Shown: positions 57,364-64,000 of the stretch, piece after piece
How positions within the stretch are numbered: the first letter of the stretch is position 1
Layout: every line of letters starts with the position of its first letter
Virus record (IMG/VR): IMGVR_UViG_3300042448_000646
Span: 32,001-96,000 of that record
Length of the DNA stretch: 64,000 nt
Strand: one strand, 5' to 3'
Origin: a virus
Position numbers and translations under genes: made by a program
Notes under the pieces: generated by a model
Told to the model about the DNA's origin: nothing
Database searches by the model: none
The model's input: the letters and a program-made list of their open reading frames with translations, nothing else

Positions 57364-58482
57364 TTACTTTTTCTCTCTAAATTGTTCGTAGTAGGCTCCA
57401 GTACTCATCGTTTCAGCACGAGGAAGTTCCTGAAAAAACCCACTTGCTCCTTCAAAATGTAACCCTAGACTAGCATTTTCTAGTCCATAGTGTCTGTCTT
57501 TGAGGAATTTAAGACAACGATAGTTTCTTCCCAAGATAGATATGTCATATCCATTGTGAGTTTCTATATCGTAACGTGATGGGTTGAACAGTCCCAACAC
57601 AATCTCGTAGTCTTGGTGTACACCTTTGTTAATGTGTAACTCTTCTAAAGAAGGTTCTATCTTCTCCTCTATTAGATGCCCTTTGTTTGTGTACACAGCT
57701 TTTTCTGAAGAAGGAGTTTGTTGATGTACAACAATATTTACCATTTGGAATCTTTTTGAAAAGACATCCAACATATAGTCTTTAACCATCAAATCAAAAG
57801 TTTGATAAGGGGTGTATTTCATCTTACTATCAGGGATAGTTTCATTGTAAAGCAAACTGATATGGTCTACTATACAAAATACCCACAGATTATCTGACTT
57901 GTATTTATACCCAGTAAGTACTTTTCTTCCGTCAGGCATTTCTTTATGCACGTATTCACCTATCTCAGGGTTGTCAAAATATGCTTTTACATACTTGAGT
58001 ATACCTGTGGGGTTTCTGATGTAATCTATACACTCTACGGTATCTTGTAGGGCATTTATGTATCTTTCTGCTTCTTTGATTTTACTCATCAAGTCAGAAC
58101 TAACATTAAAATTACCTATTGATTTTAGTTGTGCTATACTTATATTCAACTTGTATTGTTGATATAGATAGCTTGAAATAAACGAAAGCCAAAAGTCTGT
58201 TTGGTTTTCTTCTAATGCAAAATAAAATATCTTGACTTTGATATTGGTCTTATGTGTTTTTCTCAACACATTGTGTACTGTCAAATACTTTACAAATTTT
58301 GTTTTACCTACACCAGATGATGCAGTAATGGCTGTTAAGGAGCCTTTAGTAAATCCCCCATAGTGTTGTGATAGTCTGTCAAATGGACCTAAGATAGAGG
58401 TAATACCTCCTTCTTCTTTGATTCTTTTGTTGTTTTCTATTACTTTTACTAAATCTTGAAAATTAACTAAGTGATGTGACAT
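57364..58482 (-). CDS. dnaB: DnaB-like replicative helicase
   Basis: Walker A ASSGVGKT, YFALE, IVDHISL, VHQQ, VLGLFNPSRY, LKDRHYG. Confidence 0.85.
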   Translation of the reverse strand: MSHHLVNFQDLVKVIENNKRIKEEGGITSILGPFDRLSQHYGGFTKGSLTAITASSGVGKTKFVKYLTVHNVLRKTHKTNIKVKIFYFALEENQTDFWLSFISSYLYQQYKLNISIAQLKSIGNFNVSSDLMSKIKEAERYINALQDTVECIDYIRNPTGILKYVKAYFDNPEIGEYVHKEMPDGRKVLTGYKYKSDNLWVFCIVDHISLLYNETIPDSKMKYTPYQTFDLMVKDYMLDVFSKRFQMVNIVVHQQTPSSEKAVYTNKGHLIEEKIEPSLEELHINKGVHQDYEIVLGLFNPSRYDIETHNGYDISILGRNYRCLKFLKDRHYGLENASLGLHFEGASGFFQELPRAETMSTGAYYEQFREKK

Positions 58483-58525
58483 AATTCTTCATATGGGTTA
58501 TTAGTTCAGTACGGAAAAGAAAAAA

Positions 58526-59074
58526 TTAAAGTATTGTGTGGCTAGTATATCGCTTATTGTTACCATTTCTAACCTCATCACACCACTTTGCCAAATTACT
58601 TATCTGAACTCCATTATGTAGTTTGTTAATAAAGTAGTGAGCTTCTTGTACAAAAGCCATACTATTAGTTCTTTTAAGATTGTCTAGATATAAGTCTACC
58701 CCTGCTAAAATCTCTTCTTTGGTATAGTCGTACTCTGCTAGAAATAAATGCATCTTTTTAACGATTGCTTTCACATTTCCACCTTTTCCTGCTATTCCAA
58801 TATTTTTAGCACTAAACTTATTAGTAAACTCTTCTACCCAATCAAGCAATCCAACTACTACTGATGAAGTTACTTCTCTTGCTGTCTTTTTAGGCTCTTG
58901 GTCACTTAGATTAACACCTCCAATAGACGCCTCAAGCTCTAGGATTTCTAGAGCCTTTGGTGTCCAAAATGTAGTATTTTTCTTAGTAACTAAAAGACCT
59001 TCATCAAACCATTTTTGTAGGATTCCCTGTTTCTCCAACAGGCTCCACATTGTTTCGTAAAATGTCTTTTTCAT
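58526..59074 (-). CDS. Conserved helicase-adjacent replication protein
   Basis: 182 aa; KKMHLFL..YDYTKEEIL..V..Y.....AHYFINK; position upstream of the helicase. Confidence 0.55.
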   Translation of the reverse strand: MKKTFYETMWSLLEKQGILQKWFDEGLLVTKKNTTFWTPKALEILELEASIGGVNLSDQEPKKTAREVTSSVVVGLLDWVEEFTNKFSAKNIGIAGKGGNVKAIVKKMHLFLAEYDYTKEEILAGVDLYLDNLKRTNSMAFVQEAHYFINKLHNGVQISNLAKWCDEVRNGNNKRYTSHTIL

Positions 59075-59312
59075 TGTTAGTTAGTTGTTTTAAAAGTAAA
59101 TTTTTCTTTAGCGGGGTATCAAAATTAGGGATGTGTTCTGAAATTTGCAAGTCATTTTTTACATTGTTATCCCCCTCATTCCAATCTACTAAAGATTCTT
59201 CATAAGCTCTTTTTGCTAAAAGAAAATCTGGACTGGTGTCCAGACTCTCTCCATAGCAATTAAACGATAAATTATTCACAGCCTTCATTAGGTATGTTCC
59301 AAGTGCTTTCAC
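59004..59312 (-). CDS. Hypothetical protein
   Basis: 102 aa; SPDFLLA motif. Confidence 0.5.
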   Translation of the reverse strand: MKALGTYLMKAVNNLSFNCYGESLDTSPDFLLAKRAYEESLVDWNEGDNNVKNDLQISEHIPNFDTPLKKNLLLKQLTNNEKDILRNNVEPVGETGNPTKMV

Positions 59313-60639
59313 AACAGTCGCAAGTAACGTATAGCAATAAACTATTATCCACCTCTACAGGTGTCCAACAGTTAGGGCAAAGTGAGTCTACTAAAGCTTC
59401 GTCAATATCACTCTGTATGGATGGTTCGTTATCTACGTAAGATGGATAACCAATGTTATGAGTTAGTTGTTCGGCTCTGTTGAAAGGAGTGTGCAGATCA
59501 GAGTACATTTCCTTAAAATACTCATCTTGTTCTTTACAATCTAAAGGAAGTTCAATTGATCCTGCAGGTGTGTGTGCTACATAAGACTCTACTTTAACTT
59601 TCTCATCCTCTAAGTCATCAAACAAGTCAAAGCTTCTCTGAGCACCTTGCCTCCAGCTATACCCAGTACCATAAGTACCATACCCGCTGTAACGAGTGTT
59701 CTCATATACAGGAATTTCTGCTTTGTGCTGCCACACTTTGTCTACGCCCATCTTCAGTAATTCATAACCAAAGTTAATTGCATTTTCAAAGTGAGGTATA
59801 GAAATCATCTCGTTGTCACCATGCTCATTGATGTAACCACAAGACACGTTCATTGCTACACAATTCACCGTATCGTACTTCTTTAGACCACCGATGTCTG
59901 TACAACTACCGTTGTTTTTCTTGTACATATACTTATCCATAATAGAGCCAGCAGCTGTTACAAACTCATCACTACAAACAGTAAGACCATTTGTGTAAGT
60001 AATTAAGTCATTCTTGTAAGAGTTCCTGTCTAGTTGAACAAGCATACTGCAATCTGTAAAGAAGTGTTTGTCTGCTTTGTAAGTACCTATAAGACCTACC
60101 TCCTCGTCTTTGGGGAAGAATAGTTTTATGTTGTCAAACAAATCAAACATGTGTACTGCAAAGTAGATACCTACTTTATCGTCTGCCCCCATACCGCATT
60201 GTTCTGCCTCTTCTGTGTCAAAGCCAAACATCCAAGGATATGCAGTCATAATTTTAACATTATGTCTTACCTCTTGGTTGATGTCTGTATGCGCTACTAC
60301 ACAGGGATAGAATTCAGCATTACCTTTAGTTACGTATAAGTTTCCGTAGGCATCTTTGGTAGTAGTTGCACCTAAAGTAGAGAAATGAGTTTGTAGTTTC
60401 TCAATGAACTTATCTTGAGCTGGTCCCATAGAATAGGTTCTCATGTCAAGTAGCATTGTCAATTTCTCATAGTCAGGCTTTATCTCTAGATGCATACTAG
60501 GTATAGCCGTTAGGGACTCTACTTTAATTACATCTCTTGGGGGAGTTTCAGTTACTTGTAACTTAACTTTATTTCTGTTTTGTCTTGTTGCGTTTTTCAA
60601 ATTTTGTATTTTTCTAATTGTGTTGTTAATCCAACTCAT
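59272..60639 (-). CDS. M28/M20-like zinc peptidase
   Basis: VVAHTD, GADDKVG, DEEVG, QLDR, GSCTD, SCGYINEH; C-terminal CPNC..CDCC zinc ribbon. Confidence 0.85.
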   Translation of the reverse strand: MSWINNTIRKIQNLKNATRQNRNKVKLQVTETPPRDVIKVESLTAIPSMHLEIKPDYEKLTMLLDMRTYSMGPAQDKFIEKLQTHFSTLGATTTKDAYGNLYVTKGNAEFYPCVVAHTDINQEVRHNVKIMTAYPWMFGFDTEEAEQCGMGADDKVGIYFAVHMFDLFDNIKLFFPKDEEVGLIGTYKADKHFFTDCSMLVQLDRNSYKNDLITYTNGLTVCSDEFVTAAGSIMDKYMYKKNNGSCTDIGGLKKYDTVNCVAMNVSCGYINEHGDNEMISIPHFENAINFGYELLKMGVDKVWQHKAEIPVYENTRYSGYGTYGTGYSWRQGAQRSFDLFDDLEDEKVKVESYVAHTPAGSIELPLDCKEQDEYFKEMYSDLHTPFNRAEQLTHNIGYPSYVDNEPSIQSDIDEALVDSLCPNCWTPVEVDNSLLLYVTCDCCESTWNIPNEGCE

Positions 60640-60643
60640 GGCT

Positions 60644-62218
60644 TTAGATTAAGTTTAAGTTTAAGTAAGTGTCAAGATCTGGTTTATACCATATCTCTCC
60701 ATTGTGTTCTTGAGTAACCTTTATTGGATAATAATTACCGTTGGTAGCCTGTAAACATTCTTCGGGCTTGTAATACGAATCGTTCCACTCAATAGCCTCA
60801 AAGTTGGTATTACTCATTAGGAAATAACCTCCACTAGCGTATTCATACATGTCTTCATCATCGTGGTGAGCATAAGAACCATCCACTAACTCTACTGCAT
60901 CTTCAGCTAAGATATAGTTGTCGTCCCAGTCTCTAATTGCTTCTGAAGTTAGTACCCAATCACTGATGCTGTCTATATAAGTAGCATTATCACGAGTTAT
61001 GTAAGTGCTATGATGATCTGAGTATACACTGCAACAAGAACAAAGAGTCTGATCATGGTTGTCGTCAATACGTAAATCTACATAACAACTGTCATCTTCA
61101 TCCATTTCCCTACCACAAGCATGACACTCTACTGAATCATCGCCACCTACTTCTTCGTAGCCACCTGCAGTATCGTTTAAGTGAAGATACTCAGACGAGC
61201 TATCCATGTTAGATACTTCGTTACTAAGAATGTTATAATCTGAACTCAAGAACTTTAAGCTATCCATGTAGGGATACTTACGGTGACTCAAAAGTACTCT
61301 TTTGTTGATGTCAAGATTTGTAGTGTCTTGCTCTATTACAACTTCTTCGTGAGGAAAATATCCAGGAAAACAAGTTTTAATACCTTTAACTAAGAAGAAA
61401 GCTTTCATTCTATCTTGTATAAGATCTGAAGTAGCATAAATTCTGTCATAGTAATCAGTATTTCCAACTGTCCACACTAAAGCTCTACCTTGTACTTTAC
61501 CTTCTTGGTTCAGTAGTACGGCCATCTTACAGATGTTTAGGTTCTTTGTGTAGAGGTCTAGATACCCATTAGTTCTATCATAGCGCATACAAGAGTTACC
61601 TAAGTTACCTGAAATAGAGGCATAGTTCTTTTCGTGATACAGTTCTGCAATCCAATGACCTTTTACATAGATTACTTCACCAGAATCTCCCTGTCTAAAT
61701 CCTTCGATACGGAATAGATTGTTGAATTGGTCAAACTCTGCTTCAGTAAATAGTTCTGCAAGGTTGGTAATAGAAGCTTCGGAAGGAGATACTCCTTTCA
61801 ACTCAAGTTCTTCTCTTACAAAACCTTGTAAGATATCAAGAATAGGAATTGAAGAAAATAACTTCTTAACTACTTTACCTGCACCGCTGTGGTAACGATA
61901 GTCTTTGTCTTCCCAAATCCTATGTCCTTGTCCACTGTCATAAGCTCTAGAAACCCTGTCATACGTCATATAAGACAGTTTAGTAGGGTCATCTATACTT
62001 ATACCAAGATAGTTTAGGTTGGCAGGTATTGTAGGGATAGATGCTCCAAAACTACAAGTAAGCTTTAGGATAGCGGCAGCAATTCGATTGTCATTGATAG
62101 CCGTAAGTCGTGTACTTAGATCCTGAGATATGTTCAGGTAATGATAAGTAATAACTGGCTGAGGAACTTCTACAGCAATTCCTTCTGTTAAATTTGGTTC
62201 ATTTTCAAAATCTGGCAT
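60644..62218 (-). CDS. Uncharacterised SCM-motif protein with C-terminal acidic/aromatic repeats
   Basis: GNLGNSCMRY, GRALVW, YYDRIY, YPYMDS; CxxC...LCxxC followed by repeats. Confidence 0.65.
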   Translation of the reverse strand: MPDFENEPNLTEGIAVEVPQPVITYHYLNISQDLSTRLTAINDNRIAAAILKLTCSFGASIPTIPANLNYLGISIDDPTKLSYMTYDRVSRAYDSGQGHRIWEDKDYRYHSGAGKVVKKLFSSIPILDILQGFVREELELKGVSPSEASITNLAELFTEAEFDQFNNLFRIEGFRQGDSGEVIYVKGHWIAELYHEKNYASISGNLGNSCMRYDRTNGYLDLYTKNLNICKMAVLLNQEGKVQGRALVWTVGNTDYYDRIYATSDLIQDRMKAFFLVKGIKTCFPGYFPHEEVVIEQDTTNLDINKRVLLSHRKYPYMDSLKFLSSDYNILSNEVSNMDSSSEYLHLNDTAGGYEEVGGDDSVECHACGREMDEDDSCYVDLRIDDNHDQTLCSCCSVYSDHHSTYITRDNATYIDSISDWVLTSEAIRDWDDNYILAEDAVELVDGSYAHHDDEDMYEYASGGYFLMSNTNFEAIEWNDSYYKPEECLQATNGNYYPIKVTQEHNGEIWYKPDLDTYLNLNLI

Positions 62219-62272
62219 AATAACTTTTTTTGTTTTAGGTTAGTTTTTCTTATTGTTTAGTTATATCGAGAT

Positions 62273-62307
62273 AAAAAAGAAAAAGAGGACCCTTTTGGAG
62301 CCCTCTT
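62273..62307 (-). terminator. Rho-independent terminator
   Basis: Minus strand AAGAGGGCTC-caaaa-GGGTCCTCTT then a long T-rich run. Confidence 0.75.
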
Positions 62308-62333
62308 CGTAGATAATTGAGAGTAATCTGTGT

Positions 62334-62645
62334 TTATTTACTTTGTAGGTAGGCTTCAACCCCTTTCCAAAATTCTAAAACCATTCCTAGTCTTTCTAAA
62401 GCTGCTCCATTTAATCCTTCGAGCTTTTCTTTAGGTAAACTATCAAAGGGGCTCTTGAATGGCTTAATGTGAGCTAAAGCACATGCTTTTGCAATGTCTT
62501 TACTTAGGGTTGGAGATAGTTGTGTTACAGCATCTGTGATTTGTGGGCTTACTATTTCAAAAAACATATCAAAGATTTCGTTTCCTTTTTTTTCTACTGC
62601 CTGATTCATTTGTTCAGGGGTAAATTCTGGCATTACATTTTCCAT
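62334..62645 (-). CDS. Hypothetical protein
   Basis: 103 aa; AKACAL...FWKGVEAYL. Confidence 0.65.
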   Translation of the reverse strand: MENVMPEFTPEQMNQAVEKKGNEIFDMFFEIVSPQITDAVTQLSPTLSKDIAKACALAHIKPFKSPFDSLPKEKLEGLNGAALERLGMVLEFWKGVEAYLQSK

Positions 62646-62655
62646 ATTATTTTAG

Positions 62656-62910
62656 TTATTTTTTTGATATTTCAAAACTTCCTGTAATGTATGTTAGTCT
62701 GTCTGTTACTACGATTTGACCATAACCTATGTTTTCGTTATTTAGGTTGTAATGGTCTTTCTTAATAAATTTACTGACTAACATATCTTCAATTATTGGA
62801 TCTTTTAGTAGACCCCAATTTTCTCCATCTTTTTCTAAGATACTGATTAACTCAGTTTTGCCTTTGCCTGAAAAATATTGTATTTTGTACATTTCTGAAC
62901 CTATTAACAT
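62656..62910 (-). CDS. Hypothetical protein
   Basis: 84-aa ORF in the operon. Confidence 0.55.
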   Translation of the reverse strand: MLIGSEMYKIQYFSGKGKTELISILEKDGENWGLLKDPIIEDMLVSKFIKKDHYNLNNENIGYGQIVVTDRLTYITGSFEISKK

Positions 62911-63113
62911 AGTTTGTCTCCTTTTCTTTTGTAGGTGTCATTTTTTAATTGCTTGCCGTCTTTTCTCCTCTGCCAAATCAAGTGCAATTGCCAACGATAC
63001 CAATCCCGCAAATTTATGTTATTTAAGTTACAATAATCTACAAACTCAGGTGTTATTTTACCTTGTAATGATTGTAATTTACGCATAGTTGGTGTGTCTA
63101 CTTTATTAGTCAT
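62904..63113 (-). CDS. Hypothetical protein
   Basis: 69-aa ORF coupled to its neighbours. Confidence 0.55.
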   Translation of the reverse strand: MTNKVDTPTMRKLQSLQGKITPEFVDYCNLNNINLRDWYRWQLHLIWQRRKDGKQLKNDTYKRKGDKLC

Positions 63114-63307
63114 TAAATCTGTTTTTTGTTACGATTCTCTTCCTTTTTTTCGTAATACTCTAATGGGTGTATTGGACAAGCAAAGCAAATAGGCCTTTGT
63201 TGACTTAAAGGCCTATCGCATACAGGACAAGCAAATCCAAAATACCTACGTTCTTCTTTTTCGTAAGTTGTCTCACGATACTTGTTAGTAGGTTTCTTGT
63301 CAAACAT
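63113..63307 (-). CDS. Small zinc-finger-like protein
   Basis: CPVC...CFAC in 64 aa. Confidence 0.55.
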   Translation of the reverse strand: MFDKKPTNKYRETTYEKEERRYFGFACPVCDRPLSQQRPICFACPIHPLEYYEKKEENRNKKQI

Positions 63308-63750
63308 TACTTCTTTCTTTTGTTCTTGTTACCACTTCTAAGTGGGGCTTGAGTAGAACTTACAGAAATAGTTGTAGGGGCACTTAAAGTAGCAGCAGGA
63401 GTGATAGTTTCTTCGGCTACCTCACTAGTGACTTCTTTAGTTGTTTTTGTTGCTTCTAATTCTGCAGTAAGAGCTGTTGCTCTGTCATTGATTACTTTAA
63501 TTCCTGCTTTTAGTGCTGCAACCTCTTCTTGCAATTTGCTTTTCTCTTGTTGTAAACTAAGTAGTTTCATACGAACTTGAGAGATTTCCTCAAAACGATT
63601 TAAACTTTCTTTAGAATAGAAACTAGCAGAAGTAGTCTTTTGTTCTAAAGAATCTTCTAGTTCTTTGACTCTTCTGATTAAAGCAATAATAGCTCCAGTT
63701 CCGATAAGGAATAAAATTGCTAGTCCGATAATGATGTTAATTTGATCCAT
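63307..63750 (-). CDS. Membrane-anchored coiled-coil protein
   Basis: N-terminal TM helix, long coiled coil, basic tail. Confidence 0.65.
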   Translation of the reverse strand: MDQINIIIGLAILFLIGTGAIIALIRRVKELEDSLEQKTTSASFYSKESLNRFEEISQVRMKLLSLQQEKSKLQEEVAALKAGIKVINDRATALTAELEATKTTKEVTSEVAEETITPAATLSAPTTISVSSTQAPLRSGNKNKRKK

Positions 63751-63785
63751 AGGTGTGTTTTTAGTTTTTTAGGTTTATAATGTTG

Positions 63786-63816
63786 CAAGTTAATATGTTC
63801 TATTATATAATGCAAA
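63786..63816 (-). promoter_or_regulatory. Possible Bacteroidota-type promoter (variant -7)
   Basis: Minus strand TTTG(63816)-19 nt-TTAACTTG, imperfect TAnnTTTG. Confidence 0.4.
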
Positions 63817-63819
63817 TAG

Positions 63820-63999
63820 TTAATTGTTAAGTTTAAGTTTTGCTCTTCTGTATGCATTTGAAGCAGCATTTCTACTTATTCCTAACTTATCACCTGATTT
63901 AGTAAAACTGTACTTTAGCTCATCCCGAAGAATGAGCATACAGTACTGTTTAAGTGTAAATCCCTGTAAGTCAAACGTTAGTTCATCCATCAGATAGAG
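63820..63999 (-). CDS. Sigma-70 region-4-like HTH protein (C-terminal part or small ORF; not in ORF track)
   Basis: ...GFTLKQYCMLILRDELKYSFTKSGDKLGISRNAASNAYRRAKLKLNN*. Confidence 0.6.
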   Translation of the reverse strand, partial: LYLMDELTFDLQGFTLKQYCMLILRDELKYSFTKSGDKLGISRNAASNAYRRAKLKLNN

Positions 64000-64000
64000 T

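Noticed and set aside
42993-59353. DnaA-box-like 9-mers (TTATCCACT 42993, TTATCCACC 59345)
   Set aside because: Isolated, mismatched and inside coding sequence; expected by chance.
1-64000. Stop-codon reassignment (TAG=Gln or TGA=Trp) as in some crAss-like phages
   Set aside because: Code 11 already gives near-complete coding density with intact multi-kb ORFs. TAG (15358, 45171, 48540) and TGA (12007, 13621) end genes at sensible boundaries. No suppressor tRNA seen.
1-64000. CRISPR array, DGR, tRNAs, IS elements
   Set aside because: No regularly spaced repeats, reverse transcriptase, TR/VR pair, cloverleaf or transposase noticed by eye; intergenic gaps are short.

Overview
A 64-kb, AT-rich, densely coding segment of a crAss-like (Crassvirales-related) phage, read in standard code 11. 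A Bacteroidota host is inferred from several TTG-N19-20-TAnnTTTG promoters. The plus strand (1-44072) carries capsid and tail structural genes, a Cys-rich fibre, ring, IHF-like, tubular and muzzle proteins, and a ferritin-like protein. These are followed by cargo proteins punctuated by [MFYH][QKA]xG[GA] motifs, three giant ejected proteins (one with a PD-(D/E)XK domain, the virion RNA polymerase, and one with ART-like and zincin domains), and a holin/spanin/secreted-nuclease cassette. The minus strand (44094-64000) carries GroES and a replication/recombination module (PolA, primase, DnaB-like helicase, SSB, AAA ATPase, UDG, NinB/NinG, RecE-like nuclease, DUF5664), then an M28 peptidase and small genes. 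Most striking observations: (1) the only 4 cysteines I can find in about 7,160 aa of the three giant proteins sit at the A/B and B/C termini, suggesting head-to-tail linkage; (2) motif-delimited modular cargo proteins include an outer-membrane beta-barrel-like module; (3) a secreted nuclease sits where an endolysin is expected; (4) a 12-aa translationally coupled MIGIGIGIG mini-ORF. All family assignments come from motif recognition by eye, not database searches.
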